Source: Pseudomonadota bacterium (GTDB taxonomy: Bacteria; Pseudomonadota; Gammaproteobacteria; Pseudomonadales; UBA5518). Taken from it: a stretch of 64,000 nt of DNA. Position numbers and translations under genes: made by a program. Where the stretch lies: assembly GCA_963204845.1 (NCBI GenBank), contig CAUJIL010000121.1:1251-65250 (forward strand). The letters run 5' to 3'. The stretch's first letter is position 1, and every line of letters starts with the position of its first letter. The notes under the pieces are model-generated. The model was given only the letters and a program-made list of their open reading frames with translations, had not been told where the DNA came from and searched no databases. Shown piece by piece: positions 22,604-33,651 of this stretch.

Positions 22604-22638
22604 GCGCGGACAGGTATCCGTGACGAGGGGGCTGCGGA

Positions 22639-22654
22639 CCCGGCCGTGGCCGGG
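22639..22654. repeat. REP-like GC-rich hairpin (CCCGGCC-GT-GGCCGGG)
   Basis: Perfect 7-bp inverted repeat in the purL-secD intergenic region. Its core resembles the hairpin of the guaB-guaA tandem repeat. Confidence 0.4.
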
Positions 22655-22705
22655 CTCCGAAGCCGCCGGATTATAGCGATGACCCCGCGGGTCGCCAAAT
22701 GCGTC

Positions 22706-25700
22706 TCATCCGAGCCAGACGCGGGCATTGCGGAACAGGCGCGTCCAGCCGCCGTCCTCGCCCCACGCGCTGGGGCGCCACGAGTTCTGCACGGTGCGGA
22801 ACACCCGCTCGGGGTGCGGCATCATGATCGTGACGCGGCCGTCGGAGGAAGTGACCGCCGCCACCGCCGCTCCGGAGCCGTTCGGGTTGGCCGGGAAGCG
22901 CTGCGTGGGCTCGCCGTGGTGATCGACGTAGCGTATCGCCACACCGCCGGCGGCCTCCAGCGCCGCGCAGGCGCCGTCGGCGAAGGTGGCACGCCCCTCG
23001 CCGTGCGAAACCACCACCGGGATCAGCGAACCCTGCATGCCGCCCAGCAAGACCGACGGGCTGCGCTCGATGCGCACCAGCGCCACGCGCGCCTCGTACT
23101 GCTCGGAGGTGTTGCGCAGGAAGCGCGGCCAGTGCGCGCTGCCGGGAATGATCTCGCGCAGGTGCGCCATCATCTGGCAACCGTTGCATACCCCCAGCGT
23201 GAAGGTGTCGGTGCGCGCGAAGAAGCGGCGAAACTGCTCGCGCGCGCGCTCGTTGTAGAGGATCGTGCGCGCCCAGCCGCCGCCGGCGCCGAGCACGTCG
23301 CCATAGGAGAACCCGCCGCAGGCGGCGATGCCGGACACGCCGGCCAGATCGAAGCCACCGCCGATGATGTCGCTCATGTGCACGTCGATCGCGGCGAATC
23401 CGGCGCGATCGAAGGCCGCCGCCATCTCGTACTGCCCGTTCACGCCCTGCTCGCGCAGGATCGCCACCCGCGGGCGCGTACCGGTGGCGACGAACGGCGC
23501 CTCGATGCGTTCGGAGGGATCGTAGACCAGCCGCGCGCACAGTCCGGGATCGTCGGCGTCGAGCAGCGCGTCGTACTCCTCGCGCGCGCACTCCGGATGG
23601 TCGCGCAGCGCCTGCATCCGGTAGCTCAGCTCGGCCCACGCGCGATGCAGCGCGGTGCGTGTGTTTCGGTACACCACGCGCTCGCCGCTCAGGATCACGA
23701 TCGCATCCCCATGCCCGGGGCGCCCGAGCACGTGCAGCGCATCGGCCAGCCCGGCCGCCGCGAAGTGCGCGCGCACCGCGGCCAGGTCGTCCTCGCGCAC
23801 CTGCAGTACGGCACCGAGTTCCTCGGCGAACAGCGCCGCCAGCGGATCCGCACCCAGCGCCGCGATATCGACCTCGAGCGCGGCACGACCGGCGAACGCC
23901 ATCTCGCACAGCGTGACCAGCAGGCCGCCGTCGGAGCGGTCGTGACAGGCGAGCAGCAGCCGCTCGCGCAGGCAGCGCTGCACCGCGGCGAAGAAGCCGC
24001 CGAGCGCACGCGCGTCGTCGACGTCGGGCACGCGGTCCCCGACCTGGTTGTAGACCTGCGCCAGCGCCGAGCCCCCGAGCCGGTTGCGCCCGCGCCCCAG
24101 GTCGACCAGCAACAGCAGCGAGGCGGTTTCGTCGCGCTGGATCTGCGGCGTCACCGCCAGGCGCACATCGGTCACCGACGCGAAGGCCGAGACGACCAGC
24201 GACAGCGGTGCGACCACCTCGCGCTCGCCATCGGCCGCGCGCCAGCGCGTTTTCATCGACATCGAGTCCTTGCCTACCGGAATCACGATGCCGAGCTGCG
24301 GGCACAGCTCCATGCCGACCGCGCGCACCGCCTCGAACAGCGCCTGGTCCTCGCCGGGATGCCCGGCCGCCGCCATCCAGTTCGCCGACAGCTTCACGTC
24401 GGCGAGCCGCGCGATCGGCGCCGAGGCGATGTTGGTCAGCGCCTCGCCTACCGCCATGCGCGCCGAGGCGGCCGCATCGACCAGCGCGAGCGGGGTGCGC
24501 TCGCCGATCGCCATCGCCTCGCCGGCGCAGGTGTCGAACGACGCGGTCGTGATGCCGGCATCCGCGACCGGCACCTGCCACGGACCGACCATCTGGTCGC
24601 GGCTCACCAGCCCGGTCACGCTGCGGTCGCCGATGGTGACCAGGAACCCCTTGCCCGCCACCGCCGGCAGCCGCAGCACGCGCTCCACCACCTCGGCGAT
24701 CTCGACCCCGGCGAGCGCGAGCGGCGTGCGCGGCGGCTCGGCACGCGCGTACTCGCGCTGCATGCGCGGCGGCTTGCCGAACAGCACCGACAGCGGCAGA
24801 TCGACCGCCTGCGTGCCGTCGCGCCCGTCGGCGAGCGCCAGATGCGGCTCGGCGGTCGCCTCGCCGACCACCGCGTAGGGGCAGCGCTCGCGCGCGCAGA
24901 TGGCGTCGAAACGCTCCAGATCGGCCGCATCGACCGCGAGCACGTAGCGTTCCTGCGCCTCGTTGCACCACAGCTCGAGCGGCGACAACCCGCTGTCGGC
25001 GCTGGGGATGCGCTCCAGCGCGAAACGCCCGCCGCAGCCACCGTCCTTGACCAGTTCCGGCAAGGCGTTCGACAGCCCGCCGGCACCCACGTCGTGGATG
25101 AAGCGGATCGGGTTGCGCTCGCCGAGCTGCCAGCAGCGGTCGATCACTTCCTGGCAGCGGTGTTCGATCTCGGCGTTGTCGCGCTGCACCGAGGCGAAAT
25201 CCAGTTCCGCGTCGCTGGTGCCCGAGGCCATCGACGACGCCGCGCCGCCACCGAGGCCGATCAGCATCGCCGGCCCGCCGAGCACCACCAACCGCGTGCC
25301 GCCGCCCATGCGTCCCTTCGCGACGTGCTCCGCGCGGATGTTGCCCAGGCCGCCGGCGAGCATGATCGGCTTGTGGTAGCCGCGGATCGCGCCGGCGTGC
25401 GTCTGCTCGAAGCTGCGGAAGTAACCGCAGATCGCCGGGCGCCCGAACTCGTTGTTGAACGCGGCGCCGCCGATCGGCCCCTCGAGCATGATCCTGAGCG
25501 CCGAGGCGATGCGCTCCGGGCGGCCGTGATCGACTTCCCACGGCTGCACGAACCCGGGCACGCGCAGGTTCGACACGCTGAAACCGACCAGTCCCGCCTT
25601 CGGGCGCCCGCCGACGCCGACCGCGCCTTCGTCGCGGATCTCGCCGCCGGAGCCGGTCGACGCACCCGGGTATGGCGCGATCGCGGTCGGGTGGTTGTGT

Positions 25701-26578
25701 GTCTCCACCTTCATCAGGATGTGCACCGCCTCGCGGTGATACGCGAATTCGCGCGTGTCCGGGTCCGGGAAGAAACGGCCCGCGTCGTGGCCGCGGATCA
25801 CCGCCGCGTTGTCGGCATACGCGCTCAGCACGTCGGGATCCGCCGCGACGCGATGCGTGTTGCGGATCATCGCGAACAGGCTGTGCGGCTGCGGTTCGCC
25901 GTCGATGCGCCACGAGGCGTTGAATATCTTGTGGCGACAGTGCTCGCTGTTGGCCTGCGCGAACATCATCAGCTCGACATCGGTGGGATTGCGTCCCAGC
26001 GCGACGAAACTCTCGCACAGGTAGTCGATCTCGTCGGCGGCGAGCGCGAAGCCGAACTCCGTGTTCGCGCGCTCGAGCGCGGCGCGGCCGCCACCGAGGA
26101 TATCGACCACGCGCAACGGGCGCGCCGGCTCGTGCGCGAACAGACGTTCGGCCTCGGCGAGACTGCCGAACACGGTCTCGACCATGCGGTCGTGCAGCGG
26201 CTCGGCGATGCGCGCGCGCAGCACCGAATCCGCGCCCGCGCCGTTCACCCGATACGCGATGCCACGCTCGATGCGCCGGATGCACGCGAGTCCGCAGTTG
26301 CGTGCGATGTCGGTCGCCTTGCTCGACCACGGCGATTGCGTGCCCGGACGCGGCACGACCAGATACAGCTCACCGTCGGCGTCGTCCGCGTGCTCCGGGC
26401 TGTCGAGCAGTTCACGCAGCCGCTGCAGATCCGTCGCCGCGAGTTCACCCGTGGTCTCGACGAAATACATGTGACGCGCCGTGAGCGCGGCGATGCGCGC
26501 ATCGTGCGCGCGCACTTGCGCGAGCAGCCGTTCGAGCCGGAATGGCGAAAGCGCCGAGGCGCCGGCGAGTGTCAGCAT
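22706..26578 (-). CDS. purL: phosphoribosylformylglycinamidine synthase (single-chain)
   Basis: 1290 aa with full-length large-PurL architecture, including a C-terminal glutaminase domain (…GVCNGCQMM…). Confidence 0.97.
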   Translation of the reverse strand: MLTLAGASALSPFRLERLLAQVRAHDARIAALTARHMYFVETTGELAATDLQRLRELLDSPEHADDADGELYLVVPRPGTQSPWSSKATDIARNCGLACIRRIERGIAYRVNGAGADSVLRARIAEPLHDRMVETVFGSLAEAERLFAHEPARPLRVVDILGGGRAALERANTEFGFALAADEIDYLCESFVALGRNPTDVELMMFAQANSEHCRHKIFNASWRIDGEPQPHSLFAMIRNTHRVAADPDVLSAYADNAAVIRGHDAGRFFPDPDTREFAYHREAVHILMKVETHNHPTAIAPYPGASTGSGGEIRDEGAVGVGGRPKAGLVGFSVSNLRVPGFVQPWEVDHGRPERIASALRIMLEGPIGGAAFNNEFGRPAICGYFRSFEQTHAGAIRGYHKPIMLAGGLGNIRAEHVAKGRMGGGTRLVVLGGPAMLIGLGGGAASSMASGTSDAELDFASVQRDNAEIEHRCQEVIDRCWQLGERNPIRFIHDVGAGGLSNALPELVKDGGCGGRFALERIPSADSGLSPLELWCNEAQERYVLAVDAADLERFDAICARERCPYAVVGEATAEPHLALADGRDGTQAVDLPLSVLFGKPPRMQREYARAEPPRTPLALAGVEIAEVVERVLRLPAVAGKGFLVTIGDRSVTGLVSRDQMVGPWQVPVADAGITTASFDTCAGEAMAIGERTPLALVDAAASARMAVGEALTNIASAPIARLADVKLSANWMAAAGHPGEDQALFEAVRAVGMELCPQLGIVIPVGKDSMSMKTRWRAADGEREVVAPLSLVVSAFASVTDVRLAVTPQIQRDETASLLLLVDLGRGRNRLGGSALAQVYNQVGDRVPDVDDARALGGFFAAVQRCLRERLLLACHDRSDGGLLVTLCEMAFAGRAALEVDIAALGADPLAALFAEELGAVLQVREDDLAAVRAHFAAAGLADALHVLGRPGHGDAIVILSGERVVYRNTRTALHRAWAELSYRMQALRDHPECAREEYDALLDADDPGLCARLVYDPSERIEAPFVATGTRPRVAILREQGVNGQYEMAAAFDRAGFAAIDVHMSDIIGGGFDLAGVSGIAACGGFSYGDVLGAGGGWARTILYNERAREQFRRFFARTDTFTLGVCNGCQMMAHLREIIPGSAHWPRFLRNTSEQYEARVALVRIERSPSVLLGGMQGSLIPVVVSHGEGRATFADGACAALEAAGGVAIRYVDHHGEPTQRFPANPNGSGAAVAAVTSSDGRVTIMMPHPERVFRTVQNSWRPSAWGEDGGWTRLFRNARVWLG

Positions 26579-26787
26579 GCGAGCTCCCGATGAGGTGCCG
26601 GAGGGCGCCGCGCGACCGCGGCGAGACGCGGATTCTAACGTACGGGGCGATAGCGCTCACTGACTTCGCGGGTCCGCGAACGCGCTTGCCCCCATGAAAT
26701 ACCGGTAATTTTTTGCGCTCGCACGGGCTAGGCAGACGCGCCTCACGCTCTAGAATCGCCCTGCCAGTTACAGCAAGAGTGTGACCG

Positions 26788-28281
26788 ATGAGGATCACAA
26801 CAACTACTGGAACACTGGAAAGCAGGCTCCGGCCCTTCGCGAAGACCCTCAGGGCAGCGTTGATGGGCATTCTGTGTGCGGTTCTGGGCGCATGTCCCAG
26901 CGAGACCTACCAGTCACACTCCGGAGCGCTTCCACGAGATTCCCTCGATGAGGTTCTGGCGCGCGGCACGCTGCGCGTCGTCAGCCGGGTGAACCCGGCG
27001 ACCTTCGTCGTCGACAAGCACGGTCCTTCCGGGATCGAGTTCGAACTCGCGCGCGCGTTCGCCGGCTCGCTGGGTGTTAAAATCGAGATACTGCCGGCGG
27101 CGAACATCGCCGACGTGTACGCAGCGCTCGACAGCGGCGCAGCCGACATGGCCGCCTCGGGCCTGTCGCAGCGCAGCCACGGCAGCTCGGCCTACTGGTA
27201 CAGCGCGCCGTATCTCGAGGTGCGCCAGCAGATCGTGCACCGCAGCGGCACGCCGCGCCCGCGTTCGATCGCGGACCTCGCAGGCAAGCGCGTGATGGTG
27301 CTCGCGCAGAGCAGCTCGGCCGACGCGTTGCGTGCCGCGCAACACGAACATCCCGCGCTCGGCTGGATGGAAGCCACGCGCATCGAAACCTTCGACCTGC
27401 TGCGCAAGATCGTCGACGACGAGATCGATTACGCGATCGTGAAATCGAACGAGTTCCTGATGCACGCCGGACTGTTCCCCACGCTCGAGGTCGCGTTCGA
27501 ACTCGAGCACGGCGAGCGCCTGGCGTGGGCCACCGCCGAGCGTGCGCCGAACGCGCGACTGCACGGGGCTATGCAACGTTTCCTGGCCGACCACGAGCGC
27601 TCCGGCGAACTCGACCTGCTGCGCGAGCGTTTCTTCGGTTACCTGCCGGAAGTCAACCGCCGCGCGCTGACCGCCTTCGCCGAACGCGTCGAGACGCAGC
27701 TGCCGCGCATCGAGAAGGCGCTGCGGCGCATCGCCGCCGAGGAAGGCATCGACTGGCGCATGCTGGCGGCGATCGCGTACCAGGAATCGCACTGGAATCC
27801 GCGCGCGGTGTCGCCTACGGGCGTGCGCGGCATGATGATGCTGACGCAGGCCACCGCACACGCGATGGGCGTGGCCAACCGCACCGACATGGAACAGAGC
27901 CTGCGCGGCGGGGCGCGCTATTTCCAGCGTCTCCTCGATGGCGTGGACCAGCGCATCGCCGCGCCGGAGCGCGAGCTGTTCGCGCTCGCCGCGTACAACA
28001 TGGGCCCGGCGCACGTCGAGGATGCGCGCCGGCTCGCGAAGTTGCGCGGCGCGAACCCCGACGTGTGGGCCGACGTGGAGAAGCAGTTGCCGCTGCTGAC
28101 GCAGCGCGCGTGGTATTCGCGCACGCGTTATGGTTTCGCCCGCGGCTATGAAACGCTGGGCTTCGTGAACAGGATCCGCCAGTACCACCGCTACCTCGAG
28201 CACCACGAGGACGGCCCCGGGCTGTTCGAGCTCGCGATGGCCTCGCGCCACAGCGCGCCGGCGCTACCCGCGCGCTCCTGA
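26788..28281 (+). CDS. mltF: membrane-bound lytic murein transglycosylase F
   Basis: Lipobox LGAC, an N-terminal periplasmic-binding (SBP_bac_3-like) domain and a C-terminal SLT domain (…AYQESHWNP…, …MMLT…). Divergent from purL, as in E. coli. Confidence 0.85.
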   Translation: MRITTTTGTLESRLRPFAKTLRAALMGILCAVLGACPSETYQSHSGALPRDSLDEVLARGTLRVVSRVNPATFVVDKHGPSGIEFELARAFAGSLGVKIEILPAANIADVYAALDSGAADMAASGLSQRSHGSSAYWYSAPYLEVRQQIVHRSGTPRPRSIADLAGKRVMVLAQSSSADALRAAQHEHPALGWMEATRIETFDLLRKIVDDEIDYAIVKSNEFLMHAGLFPTLEVAFELEHGERLAWATAERAPNARLHGAMQRFLADHERSGELDLLRERFFGYLPEVNRRALTAFAERVETQLPRIEKALRRIAAEEGIDWRMLAAIAYQESHWNPRAVSPTGVRGMMMLTQATAHAMGVANRTDMEQSLRGGARYFQRLLDGVDQRIAAPERELFALAAYNMGPAHVEDARRLAKLRGANPDVWADVEKQLPLLTQRAWYSRTRYGFARGYETLGFVNRIRQYHRYLEHHEDGPGLFELAMASRHSAPALPARS

Positions 28282-28749
28282 ATCCACGCCGCGCCGGCCG
28301 CGGAAGAAGTCCTGCATCAGCCGCGCGGCCTCGTCCGCGCACACCCCCTCGCTCCACGCGACGCGGTGGTTCAGGAACGGCTGATCGAGCAGGCCCACAT
28401 TGCTGGCCACCACCCCGGCGCGCGGCTCCCGCGCCGCGAACACCAGGCGCGCCACGCGCGTGTGCACCAGGGCGCCCGCGCACATCGCGCACGGCTCGAT
28501 CGTCACGTACAGCGTCGACGCGGGCAGCCGGTAGTTGCCCGCCGCGAGCGCCGCCGCCCGCAAGGCCACGATCTCCGCGTGCGCGCTGGGATCGCAACGC
28601 CCGACCGGCGCGTTCCAGCCCTCGCCGAGCACGCTTCCCGCACGCACCAGCACCGCGCCCACGGGCACCTCGCCCGCGGCCGCGGCATGGTGCGCCAGCT
28701 CCAGCGCACGCCGCATCCAGTGTTCGTCGTCGTCAACGGTCTGCTGCAC
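28264..28749 (-). CDS. tadA: tRNA adenosine(34) deaminase
   Basis: CDA zinc motifs HAE…PCAMCAGAL. Its 3' end overlaps the mltF 3' end by 18 nt (convergent). Confidence 0.9.
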   Translation of the reverse strand: MQQTVDDDEHWMRRALELAHHAAAAGEVPVGAVLVRAGSVLGEGWNAPVGRCDPSAHAEIVALRAAALAAGNYRLPASTLYVTIEPCAMCAGALVHTRVARLVFAAREPRAGVVASNVGLLDQPFLNHRVAWSEGVCADEAARLMQDFFRGRRGVDSGARG

Positions 28750-28841
28750 CCCTGTTCCCCCGGAGCCGTCTGCTGCGGCTATGATCGCTCAGCCGCGCTG
28801 CCGATGGCAGTGCGCTCGACCGATCCACCACGGAGACCCGC

Positions 28842-29516
28842 ATGAGCGACAAGTACACCACGCTGAACCCCGAGCTCTACGCGTACCTGCTCGCGCAGCG
28901 CAGCGAGCGCGATCCGGTGCTCGAACGCATCGCGCGCCACAACGAGACGCTCGGCATGATGGCGCTGGCGCAGATCGCGCCGGACCAGGGCGCGTTCCTC
29001 ACCCTGCTCGCCCGCGCAGTCGGGGCGCGCGAGGCGATCGAGGTCGGCACCTTCACCGGCTACAGCGCGCTCTGCATCGCGCGCGGCCTGCCGGCCGACG
29101 GACGGCTGCTGTGCTGCGACATCGACCCGGTGCACACGGCCGCCGCACGCGGCTTCTGGGACGAGGCGGGCGTCGGTGATCGCATCGAGTTGCGGATCGG
29201 CCCCGCGCTCGACACCCTGCGTGCGCTGCCCGCCACCGAACGCTTCGACCTCGGCTTCATCGATGCCGACAAGACCGGCTACCGCGACTACTACGAGGAA
29301 GTGCTGGCGCGCCTGCGCCCGAACGGACTGATCCTGTTCGACAACGTGCTGTACCAGTGGTCGGGACAGATCACGCGCGAGGACGCCACCGATGAGAACA
29401 CGGTGGCGCTGCGCGCGCTGAACGCGAGCCTGGCGCGCGACCCGCGCGTCGAGGTCGTGATGCTCGCGGTCGGCGACGGGCTCACGATCGCGCGCAAGCG
29501 GCGGGGGCAGGAGTGA
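28842..29516 (+). CDS. class I SAM-dependent O-methyltransferase (caffeoyl-CoA OMT-like)
   Basis: Methyltransf_3-type pattern (…EVGTFTGYSALCIA…, …FIDADK…YYE…L…GLILFDNVL…). Confidence 0.8.
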   Translation: MSDKYTTLNPELYAYLLAQRSERDPVLERIARHNETLGMMALAQIAPDQGAFLTLLARAVGAREAIEVGTFTGYSALCIARGLPADGRLLCCDIDPVHTAAARGFWDEAGVGDRIELRIGPALDTLRALPATERFDLGFIDADKTGYRDYYEEVLARLRPNGLILFDNVLYQWSGQITREDATDENTVALRALNASLARDPRVEVVMLAVGDGLTIARKRRGQE

Positions 29517-29583
29517 GGTAGCGACCGCGCGAGCGAGGCAAGCAGCGGCGCTCGATTGCGGCGCCTCACCTCTACCTCGACAA

Positions 29584-30066
29584 TCATCCGTCGAAAGCGA
29601 TCTCCAGCTTGTGGCCGAATCCCTGCCGGTTGTCGATCACGCGCGCCCAGCTCGGTGTCAGGCAATAGAACCCGCTGCCCAGCAACCGATCCGCTATCGA
29701 CCGCTCCTGCGCGCTGGCAGGCCGGTCGCGCATCGCCGCGATCTGCGGGAAACGCTCCAGATAGCACTGCTCCGCCCGCCGCCGCTGCGCCCCCTCGAGC
29801 AACGCTGCCGTAGCGGCGAGTTGCACGCCTTCGATGTCGAGCCAGTCGAGCGCCTGCCCGCTGACCGTGACCGCCACCTGGGGGCTTTCGGCGATATGCC
29901 GGCTGTGCAGTGTTCTGGTATCGGAAACGAAGTACAGCCGACAGTCCCGATCGCAGGCGTAGAACAGACTGCAGGCCCACGACCGGCCGCCACTGCAGGT
30001 GGCCAGGGTCAGCGTGGTCCGGGCCTGCAGATAGGCGCGCAGCGGCGCCAGCTCATCGCGGGCCAA
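29584..30066 (-). CDS. PNPOx-like FMN-binding protein (YhbP/UPF0306-like)
   Basis: The pattern …TLTLATCSGGRSWACSLFYA…LYFVSD…T.H…PQVAVTVSGQ…GVQ…RFP…IDN..GFG.K resembles E. coli YhbP from memory. TTG start at 30066 overlaps the ubiX 3' end by 14 nt. Confidence 0.55.
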   Translation of the reverse strand: MARDELAPLRAYLQARTTLTLATCSGGRSWACSLFYACDRDCRLYFVSDTRTLHSRHIAESPQVAVTVSGQALDWLDIEGVQLAATAALLEGAQRRRAEQCYLERFPQIAAMRDRPASAQERSIADRLLGSGFYCLTPSWARVIDNRQGFGHKLEIAFDG

Positions 30067-30628
30067 CCCTGCCTTCCCATCGTTTCAATGCCCCGGTGTC
30101 GATATCGAACAGGTCGAGAATGCGGCCCACGGCGTGGACCACCAGATCGTCGATGGTCCGGGGCTGGATGTAGAAGGCGGGCACGGGCGGCGCGATGATC
30201 GCCCCCAGCTGGGCCGCCTCGTACAGCAGCTTGCAATGACCGACATGGAGCGGCGATTCCCTCGGCATCAGCACCAGCCGGCGGCGCTCTTTCAACGTGA
30301 CGTCGGCGGCGCGCACCAGCAGGCTGTCGGCGTAGGAGTTGACGATGGCCGACAGCGTCTTCATCGAACAGGGCGCCACCACCATGCCATCGACCTTGAA
30401 CGAGCCGCTGGAAATGCTGGCCGCCTGGTTGCGGTAGTTGTGCACCTCGTCGGCCAGTCCCTCCACATAGGCTGCGCTGACATCGGTCTCTATCTCGATG
30501 TTGAGCCTGGCGTAAGGACTCATCACCAGGTGGGTCTCCACCCCCTCGACCGATTTCAGCAGTTCCAGCAGGCGTACGCCGTAAACGACCCCGCTGGATC
30601 CGCTCATGCCGACGATCAACCGCTTCAT
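30053..30628 (-). CDS. ubiX: flavin prenyltransferase UbiX
   Basis: MKRLIVGMSGSSGVVYGVRLLE… and …VVAPCSMKTLSAI… flavoprotein motifs. ATG verified at 30628, 31 nt downstream of the UbiD-family gene. Confidence 0.9.
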   Translation of the reverse strand: MKRLIVGMSGSSGVVYGVRLLELLKSVEGVETHLVMSPYARLNIEIETDVSAAYVEGLADEVHNYRNQAASISSGSFKVDGMVVAPCSMKTLSAIVNSYADSLLVRAADVTLKERRRLVLMPRESPLHVGHCKLLYEAAQLGAIIAPPVPAFYIQPRTIDDLVVHAVGRILDLFDIDTGALKRWEGRVGPR

Positions 30629-30659
30629 TGCCTCACCCGCACTTTGTGACTGCCGGTCC

Positions 30660-32027
30660 TCACAGCCCCTCGAAATCGAACCGCGACAGGTCCACCTGTG
30701 CCATGGTGGCACGCGCGAACTTGGCCGGTCTCGGCAGCGGAACCGTTGCATCCACGCCAAGACGCGTCCACTTGTCGTTGGCCACCATCGGGTTGAGGCG
30801 GTGGCCAATGGTTTCGGGAATCAGCAGCAGGTCGGTTTCGTAGCGGCAACGGGTGGCCACGGCCCAGTCCACATCGGTGGGGCTGTAGATATCGACGTCG
30901 GTGTCCACCACCGTCACGGTCTTCACAAAGGCCAGCGAAACAAAAGCCGCCATGATGGCGTTGCGCTGGCTGCCCTCGTGTTTCTTGTCTATCTGCACCA
31001 CCAGATGGTAGGGCACACTGCCATCGGCGAAGTGCACCGCCGTCACCTCCGGCACCAGGCCATGAATCTTGGCAAAGGCTCCGGCCGACGCACTGATACC
31101 GTAGGCGTTGCCGACTTCCTTGCCGGACAGGATCGAGTGGAACACGGGGTTGCGGCGCCGGGTGATCGCGGTCACTTCCATCACCCAGCGATCGTCACGC
31201 TCGGCGTAGTAGCCGGTGACCTCGGCGTAGGGGCCTTCGGGCTCGCGCACCCGGGGCAGGATCTTCCCTTCGATGACGAACTGGGCGTTGGCGATCGCCT
31301 CCACCGCCACCGTTTGCGCCTCGATCAGGGTCACCGGCTCACCCCACATCTGGCTGGCGATGCCCAACTCATCCATCTCGATGGGAGCGGCCGAGGCGGG
31401 CGAGGCGGCGGCCACCGTCAGCGGGAAGTCGATGCCGTTGTTGACGGTGATCTCCAGGGGCACGCCCTTCGCCTCGGCACGCCTGTAATAGTCCATCAGG
31501 TGACCGAGTTCCTCCAGCAACAGGGTGAGCCGGTTCGTGCCGGTCACCATCATCCGGTGGATCGACAGGTTGCGCACCCCGGTGTCGGGATCCTTGGCGA
31601 TTACCACGCTGGAAGTGAGGTAACGTGCCCCGTCGCCTTCGGCGTGGTGGGGGATGGGCAGCGTGCCGAGATCGGGCGTAAGCTCCACCACCTCGTTGGC
31701 CGGTCCCTGTTTCACGATCACCGGTTCACCGGGCGATTGCTGCCAGGCGCGAATCTCGTCGCTCAGCACGAATGGCAGCCGGGCGCTGTCGGTCTGCAGC
31801 AGCTTCGCCAGCAGGTCGCGGTTCCAGTAGAGGCCGATCAGCACCGGGTAGTCGTAACCCTTGACCCGTTCGAACAGCAGCGCCTTGCCGCCCTCGAAGC
31901 GCTTGGCTATGCCGGCGAGTTCGAACACCGGGTCCACCTCGCTCTTCACCCGGATCAGGTGGTCGTGCTGTTCGAGGAACTCGATATAGCGCTGTATATC
32001 GGTCAGGTTGCGCTTTGCCAGATCCAT
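30660..32027 (-). CDS. UbiD-family (prFMN-dependent) decarboxylase, substrate unknown
   Basis: 455 aa with UbiD-family patterns (…LLFERVKGY…, …EGPYAEVTGYY…, …VVDTDVDI…). ATG verified at 32027. Confidence 0.85.
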   Translation of the reverse strand: MDLAKRNLTDIQRYIEFLEQHDHLIRVKSEVDPVFELAGIAKRFEGGKALLFERVKGYDYPVLIGLYWNRDLLAKLLQTDSARLPFVLSDEIRAWQQSPGEPVIVKQGPANEVVELTPDLGTLPIPHHAEGDGARYLTSSVVIAKDPDTGVRNLSIHRMMVTGTNRLTLLLEELGHLMDYYRRAEAKGVPLEITVNNGIDFPLTVAAASPASAAPIEMDELGIASQMWGEPVTLIEAQTVAVEAIANAQFVIEGKILPRVREPEGPYAEVTGYYAERDDRWVMEVTAITRRRNPVFHSILSGKEVGNAYGISASAGAFAKIHGLVPEVTAVHFADGSVPYHLVVQIDKKHEGSQRNAIMAAFVSLAFVKTVTVVDTDVDIYSPTDVDWAVATRCRYETDLLLIPETIGHRLNPMVANDKWTRLGVDATVPLPRPAKFARATMAQVDLSRFDFEGL

Positions 32028-32080
32028 CGCTGCCGCCTCGCATTCATCGTGGTTGTATTCGACCCCTGCCCCGGATCGGC

Positions 32081-32107
32081 AATAAATCGGGCCGGCAAGC
32101 CGGCCCG
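32081..32107 (-). terminator. candidate intrinsic terminator/attenuator between the aldehyde dehydrogenase and UbiD genes
   Basis: GC stem CGGGCCGGC/GCCGGCCCG at 32088..32107, followed on the minus strand by ATTTATT. Confidence 0.35.
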
Positions 32108-32192
32108 GCCGCAATGCTCCGGGATCGTCGCAAGCGAGCACAGTGTGTCCGAGGGGACCTGCGGTCGATGGTGGAATGATCCGTCCGCCAAG

Positions 32193-33632
32193 TCAAAGGC
32201 CCGGGTTATGGATAGTGATCCACTTCCATTCGGTCAGAATGTCCAGATCCGCCTCGGTACCCTCGCGCCCGTAACCACTCAGTCCCTGGCCTCCGAAGGG
32301 CGGGTTGGGCTCGTCCTGGATGGTGGCGCGGTTGATATGCACCGCCCCCGACTCCGCCCTTTCCGCAATCGCCAACGCCCGCTGAATATCCCGGGTCCAG
32401 AGGGAGAAGCTCAGTCCATACTCGGAGTCGTTGGCGCGCTGCAGTGCTTCCTCGGCGGTGCGGAAGGTGTAGAGACTGGTGACCGGGCCGAAGGTCTCTT
32501 CGCGACAAACCGCCATTGCCTCGGTCACGCCACGTAACACTGTAGGCCGGCAACGGTTGCCGACCCAATCTCCACCGGCCAGGACCTCGGCCCCCTTGCT
32601 GATGGCGTCCTCGATATGGCGACGCACCCGCTCGCGCTGGCGCGCACTGATGATCGGCCCAACGGCGGTGCTCAAATCCCGAAGATCACCCATCCCCATC
32701 TGCTCGGTGGCGGCGAGAAACTTGCGGGTGAACTCCTCGGCGATGCCCTCCTGCAGATAGATGCGGCTGGCAGCCATACAGGCCTGGCCCTGGAAAAAAA
32801 AGATGCTCATGGCAGCCGTGTTCGCGGCAGCGTCGATATCGGCGTCCTCGAACACCACCAACGGACTCTTGCCTCCCAACTCCTGGGTGGTGGGTTTGAG
32901 GTCCCGAGCCGCCAACTGCGCCACGTGCCTGCCCACCCGGGGCGATCCGCAGAAACTGATGCTCTTTACCAGAGGGTGGGTAGTAAGGGAGTCGCCGATC
33001 TCGAACGGATTGCCCGTCACCACGTTGAACAGCCCCGCGGGAACCCCCGCCTCATGCAGGGTTTGGGCAAAACGCAGCGACACCTGGGACGAAAACTCCG
33101 ACGGCAGTTGCACCACCGCATTGCCGCAGGCAATTGGCATCACCCCCTGCTTGGTCACCTTGAGCAGCGGCACGTTGAACGGCGAAATCGCCGCCACAAC
33201 GCCTACCGGCTGCCGGATCGCCATGCTGTAGACCTCGGGGTTATCCGACGGAATCACCTCACCGCGGATATGCCGAGGCACGCCAGCCGCCGCCCGCAGA
33301 GCGCTGATGCAGTAGTCCACCTCGAACTGGGCCTTGAAGACAGGCGACCCCACTTCATCCACCAGAATGTCCAGGTACTCCTGGCGATCACGCTCAACGA
33401 GTTCGGCGGCGCGCATCATCCACACTTCCCGCTCGCGGGCCAGCCGGTGGCGATGGGCCTCGAAGGCCGCCCTGGCAACCCGTATGGCCGCATCCATATC
33501 CTCCACCGTCGCTTCGGCCACACGGCTGTAGAGCGAATCATCGAGGGGATTCAGATCGTCGAAATAGCGGCCCGACGAGGGCGCCACCCATTCGCCACCA
33601 ATCCACAAATCCGACTCCTTCACTTGTGGCAT
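32193..33632 (-). CDS. NAD(P)+-dependent aldehyde dehydrogenase
   Basis: ALDH signatures ELGGKSP and FFFQGQACMAASR (catalytic Cys). AGGAGA RBS 7 nt before the ATG at 33632. Confidence 0.9.
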   Translation of the reverse strand: MPQVKESDLWIGGEWVAPSSGRYFDDLNPLDDSLYSRVAEATVEDMDAAIRVARAAFEAHRHRLAREREVWMMRAAELVERDRQEYLDILVDEVGSPVFKAQFEVDYCISALRAAAGVPRHIRGEVIPSDNPEVYSMAIRQPVGVVAAISPFNVPLLKVTKQGVMPIACGNAVVQLPSEFSSQVSLRFAQTLHEAGVPAGLFNVVTGNPFEIGDSLTTHPLVKSISFCGSPRVGRHVAQLAARDLKPTTQELGGKSPLVVFEDADIDAAANTAAMSIFFFQGQACMAASRIYLQEGIAEEFTRKFLAATEQMGMGDLRDLSTAVGPIISARQRERVRRHIEDAISKGAEVLAGGDWVGNRCRPTVLRGVTEAMAVCREETFGPVTSLYTFRTAEEALQRANDSEYGLSFSLWTRDIQRALAIAERAESGAVHINRATIQDEPNPPFGGQGLSGYGREGTEADLDILTEWKWITIHNPGL

Positions 33633-33651
33633 TGATCATTCTCCTGAGAGC

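Noticed and set aside
20234-26593. A 2119-aa plus-strand ORF, the longest in the track.
   Set aside because: It runs antisense across secF, secD and purL, all of which have unmistakable conserved sequences on the minus strand. The translation is a low-complexity Arg/Ala/Gly/His-rich string typical of stop-free antisense frames in high-GC DNA.
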